A stretch of 64,000 nucleotides of DNA, from the NCBI GenBank assembly GCA_021776175.1, contig JAJFGJ010000036.1, forward strand, positions 247,106-311,105. The letters run 5' to 3'. Under the pieces are notes generated by a model. It was not told the DNA's origin, searched no databases, and saw nothing but the letters and a program-made list of their open reading frames with translations. Numbering within the stretch: the stretch's first letter is position 1; every line of letters begins with the position of its first letter. This stretch comes from Kiloniellaceae bacterium (GTDB taxonomy: Bacteria > Pseudomonadota > Alphaproteobacteria > Kiloniellales > J153). The position numbers were made by a program, and so were the translations under genes. Below are positions 1 to 8,897 of this stretch, piece after piece.

Positions 1-219
1 CATCTCGGTTTCGTAATAGGAATCGAGCTCCGCCTCTCCGGCGATCCACCAGCGCGGGAAAAACGTGGTAAGGGTCAACTCGGGAAAGACCACCAGCTGC
101 GCGCCCCGGTGCTTTGCTTCGCGCAAGTGTGCGATCAGGCGTTCGACCACTTGGGGCCGGGTGTCGTCCTTGGCGATCGGCCCCATCTGGGCGGCGGCGA
201 CGTTCAAGAAACGGGCCAT
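1..219 (-). CDS. N-carbamoyl-D-amino-acid hydrolase (D-carbamoylase, CN-hydrolase superfamily), N-terminal 73 codons only; the gene runs off the left edge
   Basis: Not in the ORF track because it is truncated. My translation from the ATG at 219-217 (minus strand) is MARFLNVAAAQMGPIAKDDTRPQVVERLIAHLREAKHRGAQLVVFPELTLTTFFPRWWIAGEAELDSYYETEM. The block VFPEL-LTTFFPRW...EAELDS-YETEM matches my recollection of Agrobacterium D-carbamoylase, including the catalytic Glu in FPE. Confidence 0.75.
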   Translation of the reverse strand, partial: MARFLNVAAAQMGPIAKDDTRPQVVERLIAHLREAKHRGAQLVVFPELTLTTFFPRWWIAGEAELDSYYETEM

Positions 220-230
220 GGGCGGTCTCC

Positions 231-1475
231 CTAATCGCTAGCCGAAGCGCGCACCGCGGTGGCGGGGCGCCCGGCGATCCGGGTGTAAAGCTCAGGGTCC
301 GTATCGCCCTCGGTCAGAAACAGCAGCACCCGCGATTCAGGGCCAAGCGCGAGGGCCTTGGCCACTTCGGGCCGGGCCAGGGCGCCCAGGAGCCCGACCA
401 AGCCGGCGACCGCGGATTCACCGGCGACCACCGGCGTGTCGTCCTCCACGCCCGCCGCCAGGAGGCGCATGGCCGCCGCCGCGCCGTCGTCGGCCACGCT
501 CAGAAAGTCGTCCGCCCCCTCGGCCAGCACGTCCCAGGCCAGCAAGGATGTATCGCCCGCCGCCAGTCCCGCCATCATGGTATCCAGGGCGCCGCCAATG
601 TTCGCGGCGCGGCCCTCGCGCACGCTCGCGAACAGGCAGGCGGCGCGGTCGGGCTCAACCACGATGAAACGCGGCCGCTTGGCGCCCAGGGCGTGATCGC
701 AGCGCGCGCACACCGCTGCCGCCGCTCCGCCCACACCCGCCTGCACGAAAACATGGCTGGGCGCGGGCGCGTCTTCTTGGCCGCGCCATTGATCGAGCGC
801 CTCGTCGGTCATGACGCTATAACCCGCCATCACATCGCGCGGGATGTCCATATAGCCGTCATAGGAGGTGTCGGAGATCACGGTCCAGCCCTTGGCGGCG
901 GCGGCGGCGGCGGCGAGGCGCACGGAATCGTCATAGGTGCCCGACACCCGGCGCACTTCGGCGCCGAAGCCGGCGATGGCGTCCTCGCGCCCTTGGCTTA
1001 CGTGTTCGTGGATATAGATGACGCACGCGGCCCCGAACATGCGCGCGCCCCAGGCGACCGAGCGGCCGTGGTTGCCGTCGGTGGCGCAGCACACGGTCAT
1101 GGCGCTCGCGATCTGGTCATGACGGCCGGCCAGGATGTCGGCGCTCGACGGTTCCACCCCGGTCGCGTCCGCGATGCGCGCCTTGAGCTGGCACAAGACC
1201 GCATAGGCGCCGCCCAAGGCCTTGAAGCTGCCGAGCCTGAAACGCACTCCTTCGTCCTTGACCGCGATGCGCGCGATGCCGGCGGCCGCCGACAGACCGG
1301 GCAGATCGATTAGCGGCGTGGGCGCGAAGCCGGGCCAGGCCGAAATTTCGCGCCGCGCCGCCGCGCAGCGCGCCGGCTCGACCACCGCGCGGGCGCGCGC
1401 GCCCAGGGGCTGACCATGGCGGCCGTGGGGATTGGCCGCATGGGAGAGCGGCGCGCTGGAGACTGGATCGAGCAT
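231..1475 (-). CDS. Diaminopropionate ammonia-lyase-type PLP-dependent enzyme
   Basis: 414-aa ORF. It has RLGSFKALGGAYAV (a PLP-lysine motif of the FK-x-LGG type), CATDGNHGRSVA and the glycine loop GVGGAAAAV. Its stop lies 11 nt upstream of the D-carbamoylase start, so the two are probably co-transcribed. Confidence 0.7.
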   Translation of the reverse strand: MLDPVSSAPLSHAANPHGRHGQPLGARARAVVEPARCAAARREISAWPGFAPTPLIDLPGLSAAAGIARIAVKDEGVRFRLGSFKALGGAYAVLCQLKARIADATGVEPSSADILAGRHDQIASAMTVCCATDGNHGRSVAWGARMFGAACVIYIHEHVSQGREDAIAGFGAEVRRVSGTYDDSVRLAAAAAAAKGWTVISDTSYDGYMDIPRDVMAGYSVMTDEALDQWRGQEDAPAPSHVFVQAGVGGAAAAVCARCDHALGAKRPRFIVVEPDRAACLFASVREGRAANIGGALDTMMAGLAAGDTSLLAWDVLAEGADDFLSVADDGAAAAMRLLAAGVEDDTPVVAGESAVAGLVGLLGALARPEVAKALALGPESRVLLFLTEGDTDPELYTRIAGRPATAVRASASD

Positions 1476-1747
1476 ACTAAGCGGCTGGCCTGCTTGTTGA
1501 TCTAGAAACCGTCCTAGCGTCGCGTTTGCGCCACACCGCGGTCAAGCCCGAAAACCACGCACCGGCCAGGGATCGTGGCCAACGCAATTGACCGCGAGAC
1601 GTTTTACGCGCTCTAATGTGGCGCGCATCCTTCAGTGGATCGACGTTTGCCTTACAGTGGGCACTGGAAAAGTAGCCCCTAGTAATGATCTGGATCTTTG
1701 ACAATTCTGGGCATTTATTCACGCAGGAATATTTGGAGGCATAAAAT

Positions 1748-3343
1748 ATGATTCAATCGACAAGACGGGCTTTATTGTTCGCGGCCGCGTTAGCGGTTCC
1801 GGCCTTAGCCTTAGCGGCTCCGCAACCAGCGGCCGCGGAAAAGGTTCTACGCGTGATACCGCACGCCGATTTGAAGAACCTGGATCCGATCTGGACCACG
1901 GCCTACATCTCGCGCAATCACGGCTACCTGGTTTACGACACGCTGTTCGCGCTCGATGAAAACCTGCAAGTGCAACCTCAGATGGTCGACACCTGGACAG
2001 TCAGCGACGACAAGTTGACCTGGACCTTCAAGTTGCGCGACGGTCTCAACTGGCACGACGGCGCCCCCGTCACCGCCGAGGACTGCGTCGCTTCGCTAAG
2101 ACGCTGGGGCGCGCGCGACGGCATGGGCCAGGCCCTGATGGACGTGATCGCGAGCCTGACCGCGGCCGACGCCAAGACCATCGTCATGCGACTAAAAGAG
2201 CCCTACGGCCTGGTTCTGGAATCGATCGGCAAGATCAGCTCCAACGTGCCCTTCATGGTTCCCAAGCGCATGGCGGAAACCGATCCCTTCGAGCAGATGC
2301 CAGAGACCATTGGTTCCGGCCCCTTCAAGTTCTCCAAGGAGGAATGGGTCCCCGGCGCCAAGGTCGTCTATCTGAAGAACGAAGCCTACGTCCCGCGTTC
2401 CGAGCCGGCCAGCGGCGCTGCCGGCGGCAAAATCGCCAAGGTCGACCGAGTCGAGTGGATCTACATCCCCGATCAACAGACCGCCATGAACGCCCTGATC
2501 AACGGCGAAGTCGATTACTATGAAAACCCGCCGCCGGATCTGGCGCCGATTCTTGAGGCTGCGGAAGGCGTGGTCGTCGAAGTCAACGATCCGCTCGGCA
2601 ACCAGGGCATGTTGCGCATGAACCACCTGCACCCGCCCTTTAATAACGTGGCTGTCCGCCGGGCGGTGCTGAAATCCATCGACCAGAACGTTTACATGCA
2701 AGCGGCGGTCGGCAATCCTCAGTTCTATAGCGTCTGCGATTCCTACTATGCCTGCGGCTCGCCGCTCGAGACCAACGCCGGTAACAAGCTGGTCACCAGC
2801 CCAAGTATTGAGGAAGCAGCGAAGATGCTGAAGGAGACCGACTACGACGGGACTCCGATTGTCCTCATACAACCGACCGACATTGCCATCCTTTCGGCAT
2901 TCAGCCTGGTCACCGCGCAACGCCTGCGTGCGATTGGGATGAAGGTCGAACTGCAGGCCATGGACTGGTCGACCCTAACCTCACGCCGGGCGGTGAAAGA
3001 GCCGATCGATAAGGGCGGCTGGAATATTTTCCACACCTGGTGGATCGGCGGCGACATCACCAATCCCGTGCTCGCCACGGGCATGGGCGGTGGCGGCGTC
3101 GAGCGCGCCTGGTTCGGTTGGCCCGACGATCCCAAGATCGAGGAAATGCGTAGCTCCTTCGCCCGCGAAACCGATGCGGGTAAGCAAAAGACCTTGGCCG
3201 ACGCGATTCAAGACCGCGCCATCAACAACGGCGCCTACGGCAACGTCGGCACCTTCTTTGTGCCTGTCGCCTACCGCGACAACGTAAAAGGCTTGATCAA
3301 GTCTCCGGTCCAGTTCTTCTGGAATATGGACGTCGAAAGATGA
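1748..3343 (+). CDS. ABC transporter substrate-binding protein, family 5 (peptide/nickel/opine type)
   Basis: 531 aa. It has a signal peptide (LLFAAALAVPALALAAPQPAAA) and the size and architecture of a family-5 binding protein. A GGAGG sequence sits upstream of the ATG, and two permease genes and an ATPase gene follow. Confidence 0.9.
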   Translation: MIQSTRRALLFAAALAVPALALAAPQPAAAEKVLRVIPHADLKNLDPIWTTAYISRNHGYLVYDTLFALDENLQVQPQMVDTWTVSDDKLTWTFKLRDGLNWHDGAPVTAEDCVASLRRWGARDGMGQALMDVIASLTAADAKTIVMRLKEPYGLVLESIGKISSNVPFMVPKRMAETDPFEQMPETIGSGPFKFSKEEWVPGAKVVYLKNEAYVPRSEPASGAAGGKIAKVDRVEWIYIPDQQTAMNALINGEVDYYENPPPDLAPILEAAEGVVVEVNDPLGNQGMLRMNHLHPPFNNVAVRRAVLKSIDQNVYMQAAVGNPQFYSVCDSYYACGSPLETNAGNKLVTSPSIEEAAKMLKETDYDGTPIVLIQPTDIAILSAFSLVTAQRLRAIGMKVELQAMDWSTLTSRRAVKEPIDKGGWNIFHTWWIGGDITNPVLATGMGGGGVERAWFGWPDDPKIEEMRSSFARETDAGKQKTLADAIQDRAINNGAYGNVGTFFVPVAYRDNVKGLIKSPVQFFWNMDVER

Positions 3344-3376
3344 ACCTTGCATAAGCAAATTTAGCGAAGGCAAAAC

Positions 3377-4318
3377 ATGCTCGCCTTCATCGCTAAAAGA
3401 ATGCTCGCCACCATCCCCGTCTTGGGGGTGGTGGCGCTTTTCGTCTTTCTCATGCTGCGCCTCAGCCCGGGCGATCCAGCATCCATCATCGCCGGCGATT
3501 ACGCGTCGCCCAGCGATATCGAACGCATCCGCGAACAGCTCGGCCTGAATGCCTCGATCCCGGTTCAATTCGGAAAATGGATTTGGACCTTGGCCCATGG
3601 CGATCTGGGTATCTCGATCTTTACGAATTTACCAGTCACGAAGTTAATCGCACAAAGAGTCGAGCCAACCCTGATGTTGTCGCTCACGACCCTTGTGTTC
3701 GCGGTTCTGATAGCGGTCCCCTTGGGGGTCATCGCCGCGTGGAAAGCCGGCACCTGGATCGACCGTACCATCATGATATTAGCGGTTGCGGGCTTCTCGA
3801 TTCCCGTGTTTGTCCTCGGCTACATTCTCATCTTTCAGTTCTCGCTTGAGCTTAGGTGGTTGCCGGTCCAAGGCTACACCAGTCCTTTCGTGGATTTTTG
3901 GAAATTCACCCGCCACATTACCTTGCCCACAGTGACCTTAAGCGTAATCTACATCGCGCTTATCACGCGCATCACCCGAGCCAGCGTGATCGAGGTGCTG
4001 GAGGAGGATTATATCCGCACCGCCCGCGCCAAGGGCCAAAGCGAGCGTATCGTGTTGCTCCGCCACGCGCTCAAGAACGCGGCCGTGCCGATCGTGACCG
4101 TGATCGGTCTCGGCGTGGCGCTTCTGATCGGCGGCGTCGTGATAACCGAAAGCGTTTTCAACATTCCCGGCCTCGGCCGGCTCGTGGTCGACGCCATTCT
4201 CAAACGCGACTATCCGATTATCCAGGGACTGATCCTGGTGTTCAGCATGGTCTACGTCATGGTCAATCTAGTGGTGGACATCATTTACACTATTGTCGAT
4301 CCGAGGATCCGGTATTGA
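3377..4318 (+). CDS. ABC transporter permease (DppB/OppB-like)
   Basis: 313 aa, multi-pass membrane protein. The N-terminus MLAFIAKRMLATIPVLGVV..LSPGDP and the EDYIRTARAKG EAA-loop motif are typical of DppB-type permeases. Confidence 0.9.
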   Translation: MLAFIAKRMLATIPVLGVVALFVFLMLRLSPGDPASIIAGDYASPSDIERIREQLGLNASIPVQFGKWIWTLAHGDLGISIFTNLPVTKLIAQRVEPTLMLSLTTLVFAVLIAVPLGVIAAWKAGTWIDRTIMILAVAGFSIPVFVLGYILIFQFSLELRWLPVQGYTSPFVDFWKFTRHITLPTVTLSVIYIALITRITRASVIEVLEEDYIRTARAKGQSERIVLLRHALKNAAVPIVTVIGLGVALLIGGVVITESVFNIPGLGRLVVDAILKRDYPIIQGLILVFSMVYVMVNLVVDIIYTIVDPRIRY

Positions 4319-4359
4319 GCGCGATCACAGAGCGGACAGGTTTGGGTTTTCGTAGCAGG

Positions 4360-5196
4360 ATGACCAACCTGCGCCGCAGTTTACTGGCGCAACACCCAAC
4401 CATGGTAATCGGCGGGTCCATGCTCATAGTCATGACCGCCTGCGCGATTTTCGCGCCCTGGCTGTTCACGGGCGATCCCATCACCTTCAACCCCATCGAC
4501 CGCCTCAAGTCGCCGGGCGATACCTTCTGGTTCGGCACCGATATGTTCGGCCGGGACATCTATAGCCGCACCATTTACGGCACCCGTATATCCTTGGTCA
4601 TCGGGCTCTCCGCCGCCGTGCTCAGTGTCGCTTTCGGTCTGGTCATTGGCCTCGCCGCCGGTTATGTCCGCATTCTCGACGCGATCCTCATGCGGGTCAT
4701 GGACGGCCTCATGGCGATCCCCGGCATCTTGCTGGCCATCGCCCTGGTATCGCTTTCGGGTGCCAGTCTGCTGACCGTGACCATCGCCATCACGATTCCC
4801 GAAATCCCGCGCGTCGTGCGCCTGGTGCGCGCCATCGTGCTGTCGGTGCGCGAAGAGCCCTATGTCGAAGCCGCCGTGGCGGCGGGTACGCGCCTGCCCT
4901 TGATTCTGATCCGGCATATTTTGCCTAACACGATTCCCCCCCTCATCGTGCAGGCGACTTATGTCTGCGCTTCCGCCATGTTGACCGAGGCGCTTCTAGG
5001 CTTCCTGGGGGTCGGCACGCCGCCGGAGATTCCAAGCTGGGGCAACATCATGGCCGAGGGCCGGACTTACTTCCAACTCGCGCCCTGGATCATCTTCTTT
5101 CCCGGCGCCGCCCTGGCGCTCACCGTGCTGGCGGTCAACGTGCTGGGCGACGGCCTGCGCGATACGCTTGATCCGCGCATCGCCAAGAAAATGTGA
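4360..5196 (+). CDS. ABC transporter permease (DppC/OppC-like)
   Basis: This is the in-frame ATG (MTNLRRSLLAQHPTMVIGG...) inside track ORF 3856..5196. The upstream part of that ORF overlaps the previous permease and is Arg/Pro-rich. The sequence FGTDMFGRDIYSRTIYG is typical of DppC. Confidence 0.85.
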   Translation: MTNLRRSLLAQHPTMVIGGSMLIVMTACAIFAPWLFTGDPITFNPIDRLKSPGDTFWFGTDMFGRDIYSRTIYGTRISLVIGLSAAVLSVAFGLVIGLAAGYVRILDAILMRVMDGLMAIPGILLAIALVSLSGASLLTVTIAITIPEIPRVVRLVRAIVLSVREEPYVEAAVAAGTRLPLILIRHILPNTIPPLIVQATYVCASAMLTEALLGFLGVGTPPEIPSWGNIMAEGRTYFQLAPWIIFFPGAALALTVLAVNVLGDGLRDTLDPRIAKKM

Positions 5197-6836
5197 CCCT
5201 GGTGAACCAAGCAACGCAGCCGGTTCTCGACATCCGCGGTCTGACCGTGCGCCTGCCCGCGCGCGCCGACCGCGAAAACGCGATCGAGGGCGTTTCCTTC
5301 TCGGTCTTGCCGCATGAGATTCTTTGCGTGGTTGGCGAATCGGGCTCCGGCAAGTCGGTGACCGCGCACAGCGTCATGGGCTTGCTGCCACCCAAGCAGC
5401 TAACCGCAACAGCGGGCCAGGTGCTGCTACAAGGCGACGATCTGCTGAAGAAGACGCCGGATGAAATGCGCGCCCTTCGCGGCGCACGCATGTCGATGAT
5501 CTTCCAGGAACCCATGACCGCACTCAATCCACTCATGTCGATCGGCGATCAGATCGAGGAAATTCTTAAAATCCATACCGATATGAATGCCCGCGAACGC
5601 ATGGCGCGGGTGGTCGAGGTCATGGATGCAGTCAAGATGCCGGAACCGGAACGCCTGATCCATTCTTATCCGCATCAGCTTTCCGGCGGCCAGCGCCAGC
5701 GGGTGATGATCGCCGGCGCGCTGGCTCTAGAACCCGTCTTACTAATCGCCGACGAGCCGACGACGGCCCTGGACGTGACCACGCAGTCGCAAATTCTAAA
5801 GCTGATCAAGGATATCCAGCGCACCCACGGCACGGCGGTTTTGTTCATCACTCACGACTTCGGAGTGGTGGCGGAGATCGCCGACCGCGTGGTCGTGATG
5901 CAGCACGGCTTGGTGGTCGAGCAGGGTGAGGCGAAAAGCGTGCTCACGAACCCACAGCATCCCTACACGCAGATGTTGATCTCCTCGGTCCCGAGCATGA
6001 CGCCGCCCATGCGCCCGGCTACTGCGGAAGCGCCGGTGGTTTTGGAAACCCAGGAGCTATGCAAGACTTACAGCGACCGCTCGCTGTTCCGCGCGACGCG
6101 AGAGACACGCGCGGCTCATAACGTGGACCTTACCGTACGCCGGGGCGAGACACTCGGCGTCGTCGGCGAGTCCGGCTCCGGCAAGTCGACCTTGGCGCGT
6201 TGCATCGTGCGTCTGATTAACCCGACCAGCGGCCAAATCCAAATCGACGGGCACGATATCGCCGGTCTTTCGGAGAGTCGCCTGCGCGAGAACCGGCGTT
6301 TGGTGCAGATCATTTTCCAGGACCCCTATCGCTCTCTCAACCCGCGCCGAACGGTCGGAGCCTCGATCATTGAGGGCCCCATGAACTTCGGCGTCGATAA
6401 GGCCGAGGCCCTGACCCGGGCCCGCGACCTGATGAAGCTGGTTGATCTGGACCCCGGCTCGCTTGACCGATTTCCGCATCAGTTCTCCGGCGGGCAGCGC
6501 CAACGCATTTGCATCGCCCGCGCGCTGGCCATGAAGCCGGAGGTCCTGATCGCCGACGAGGCGGTCTCCGCCCTCGACGTTTCCGTGCAGGCGCAGGTGC
6601 TGGAGTTGCTCGACGACGTGCGTAAGCGCTTCAATCTGGCGATCCTGTTCATCACCCACGATCTGCGCGTCGCGGCCCAGGTCTGCGACCGCATCGCGGT
6701 CATGTACAAGGGCGAGATCGTCGAACATGGGATAGCCGCCGAAGTCTTCGGCGCGCCAGGCCACGAATATACCCAAGCCCTTTTCGACGCCGCCCCCGGC
6801 CGCGATTTCGAATTCGGGAATTTCGCGGCAGCGTGA
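5193..6836 (+). CDS. Fused two-domain ABC ATPase (DppD/DppF-like)
   Basis: 547 aa with two Walker A motifs (GESGSGKS twice), two LSGGQRQR signatures and two Walker B motifs. The GTG start overlaps the stop of the permease gene. Confidence 0.9.
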   Translation: MTLVNQATQPVLDIRGLTVRLPARADRENAIEGVSFSVLPHEILCVVGESGSGKSVTAHSVMGLLPPKQLTATAGQVLLQGDDLLKKTPDEMRALRGARMSMIFQEPMTALNPLMSIGDQIEEILKIHTDMNARERMARVVEVMDAVKMPEPERLIHSYPHQLSGGQRQRVMIAGALALEPVLLIADEPTTALDVTTQSQILKLIKDIQRTHGTAVLFITHDFGVVAEIADRVVVMQHGLVVEQGEAKSVLTNPQHPYTQMLISSVPSMTPPMRPATAEAPVVLETQELCKTYSDRSLFRATRETRAAHNVDLTVRRGETLGVVGESGSGKSTLARCIVRLINPTSGQIQIDGHDIAGLSESRLRENRRLVQIIFQDPYRSLNPRRTVGASIIEGPMNFGVDKAEALTRARDLMKLVDLDPGSLDRFPHQFSGGQRQRICIARALAMKPEVLIADEAVSALDVSVQAQVLELLDDVRKRFNLAILFITHDLRVAAQVCDRIAVMYKGEIVEHGIAAEVFGAPGHEYTQALFDAAPGRDFEFGNFAAA

Positions 6837-6858
6837 CTCGCTTGACCGCTTCCGCGGC

Positions 6859-8007
6859 ATGACCTTAACAACCCGCCCTATTTCTCTCGCCCTTGGTGGA
6901 TGTATCGCCATGGCCACGGCCATGGGCGTGGGGCGTTTCATCTACACACCGATCTTGCCTTTCATGGTGGAGGCATTGGGTCTCAGCAAGAGCGAAGCCG
7001 GCTTGATCGCCTCGGCCAATTACGCCGGGTATTTGGCCGGCGCCGTGCTCGCCACCTCGCCATTCCTTCAAGGTCCGCGCCGCGCCTGGCTGCTTGGCGC
7101 CCTGATCACGAGCGCCACGACGACGGCGGCGACTGGATTCGTTTCAACCATGGCCGCGCTCCTGACCATACGGTTCCTGGCCGGCGTGGCCAGCGCCATA
7201 GTCCTGGTCTACGCCTCAACCCTGGTGATGGAGCGCCTCTACGCCGCGAAACGGCCTGGGTTTTCGGCAATCCATTTCGCTGGTGTCGGCTTGGGTATCG
7301 CCGCCTCGTCACTCATCGTTTCCGGCCTTGCGGCTTACAGCTACGGCTGGCGCGAGCAATGGATCGTAAGCGGCCTAGCCTCGCTCATGGCGGCAGCCAT
7401 GGCCGCCGCCCTAATCCCTAACCAGGCCGAACCCGCTGTGGCCACGAGCCAAGGAACCGCCGGTCGCGGTCTGGCGCCCCTCATCGCCGCCTATGGCTTG
7501 TTCGGCTTTGGCTACGTCATAACCGCGACCTTCCTGGTAGCGATTGTACGCGAATCACCCGAGATCGCGCCGCTGGAACCGTTGATTTGGTTAGTCGTCG
7601 GTTTGACCGTCGTGCCCTCGGTCGCGATGTGGAATTGGATTGGGTCCCGCTTTGGTGTGATCCGGGCCTACACCCTAGCCACCGTTATTCTAGCGACCGG
7701 CGTCGCGGCCAGCGTTCTGTGGGTCACGCCAGCGGGGGCCATACTCGCGGCCGCCTTGCTCGGCGGCACCTTCATGGCCATGACCGCGCTCGGCCTGGCG
7801 GGCGCGCGCGAGATGACCAGCGGCGATCCGCGCCGTGTCTTGGCGCTCATGTCCGCCGCCTTCGCCCTGGGCCAGATACTAGGCCCGATCTTCGCCGGCC
7901 AACTCTATGACCTGACCGGCAGTTTTCTGAGTTCCTCGCTCGCGGCGACGGTCGCTCTTCTGGTTTCCGCCGCTTTAGCCTTCAGGACCACGGCTCGCGC
8001 CGGTTAA
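6859..8007 (+). CDS. MFS transporter, YbfB/YjiJ-like
   Basis: 382 aa with about 12 hydrophobic segments. GVGRFIYTPILPFMVEALGLSKSEAGLIASANYAGYLAGA resembles the YbfB/YjiJ family N-terminus as I recall it. Confidence 0.7.
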   Translation: MTLTTRPISLALGGCIAMATAMGVGRFIYTPILPFMVEALGLSKSEAGLIASANYAGYLAGAVLATSPFLQGPRRAWLLGALITSATTTAATGFVSTMAALLTIRFLAGVASAIVLVYASTLVMERLYAAKRPGFSAIHFAGVGLGIAASSLIVSGLAAYSYGWREQWIVSGLASLMAAAMAAALIPNQAEPAVATSQGTAGRGLAPLIAAYGLFGFGYVITATFLVAIVRESPEIAPLEPLIWLVVGLTVVPSVAMWNWIGSRFGVIRAYTLATVILATGVAASVLWVTPAGAILAAALLGGTFMAMTALGLAGAREMTSGDPRRVLALMSAAFALGQILGPIFAGQLYDLTGSFLSSSLAATVALLVSAALAFRTTARAG

Positions 8008-8892
8008 GCGTTGTTCCAGGTAGGCGAAGGCAGCGGTGTGGTCGGCGCCGGCGCCGAGCGCACGCGACGCCTGATCCAGGAGGTCGGCGCAGCCCTTGAG
8101 CCAGGGCGCGTCGAGATCGAGTCCGGCCGCTAGATCGTGCGCGATCCCGACGTCCTTGCGCATAAGATCGAGCGCGAAACCGGAATCGAAGGCACGGTTC
8201 AGGATGAACTGCTCGACCTTCTTGTCGGTGGTGTTGTTGCGCCCGGTCGAGACATTGAGCACGGCGTTCAGGGTCCGGGGGTCGAGGCCGAAGCGCCGGG
8301 CGACGATCAGGGCCTCGCAAACCGCGATCAGGCCGGCCGCCGAGACGTAATTATTAAGTGCCTTCATGGCGTGGCCGGAACCGAGCCCGCCGGTACGCTG
8401 GACCGTGCCCATGGCGGCAAGGATAGGTTCGATCCTGTCTAGGGTTTTGGGCGCACCGCCGGCCATGATGGTCAAGGTCCCGTCCCTGGCCCGGGGCACG
8501 CCGCCCGAAACCGGCGCATCGACCAGATCGATACCTAGGTCCGCGAGTTCGCGCCCGAGGCTTTGCGTGGCGGTCGGGGCGGAGGAACTCATGTCGATCA
8601 CCACGCCACCGCGCGTCATACCCTGGGCCAAGGAACCGGCATCTTCGCCGCCGATAACCACGGCGCGCACGATATCCGCGTTCGGCAGCATGGTGATCAC
8701 GACGCCGCAGCGCGCGCCCAGATCGCGCAAGCTATCGGCCACCGCAATTCCAACTTCCTCGCCCGACAGGGCGCCAGCCGCTTCGCGGTTCAGGTCGTAG
8801 AGAATAAGGCCGTGACCCGCCTTTGCCAGGCGCCGGGCCATGGGTGCGCCCATGTTGCCGACGCCAACCAGGCCGATGAGCGCGGGCGCCAT
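7975..8892 (-). CDS. NAD(P)-dependent oxidoreductase, 3-hydroxyisobutyrate dehydrogenase (HIBADH) family
   Basis: Internal ATG of track ORF 7975..9330 (MAPALIGLVGVGNMGAPMARRL, a Rossmann GxGxxG motif). The upstream 146 codons are Arg/Pro-rich and overlap the next gene. DAPVSGG and GSGHAMKALNN are typical of HIBADH enzymes. Confidence 0.85.
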   Translation of the reverse strand: MAPALIGLVGVGNMGAPMARRLAKAGHGLILYDLNREAAGALSGEEVGIAVADSLRDLGARCGVVITMLPNADIVRAVVIGGEDAGSLAQGMTRGGVVIDMSSSAPTATQSLGRELADLGIDLVDAPVSGGVPRARDGTLTIMAGGAPKTLDRIEPILAAMGTVQRTGGLGSGHAMKALNNYVSAAGLIAVCEALIVARRFGLDPRTLNAVLNVSTGRNNTTDKKVEQFILNRAFDSGFALDLMRKDVGIAHDLAAGLDLDAPWLKGCADLLDQASRALGAGADHTAAFAYLEQRLTGASRGPEG

Positions 8893-8897
8893 GCCGC

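Noticed and set aside
114-1313. 399-aa plus-strand ORF antisense to the diaminopropionate ammonia-lyase gene
   Set aside because: It is Arg/Gly/Ala/His-rich and low in complexity, with no recognisable motif. It overlaps completely a minus-strand ORF that has clear PLP-enzyme motifs. This is a typical antisense open frame in high-GC DNA.
1477-1722. 81-aa minus-strand ORF in the divergent intergenic region between the lyase gene and the binding-protein gene
   Set aside because: It would start in the AT-rich promoter region without an SD sequence and abut the lyase start. Its sequence is basic and has no motif. It more likely represents promoter and operator DNA for the divergent operons.
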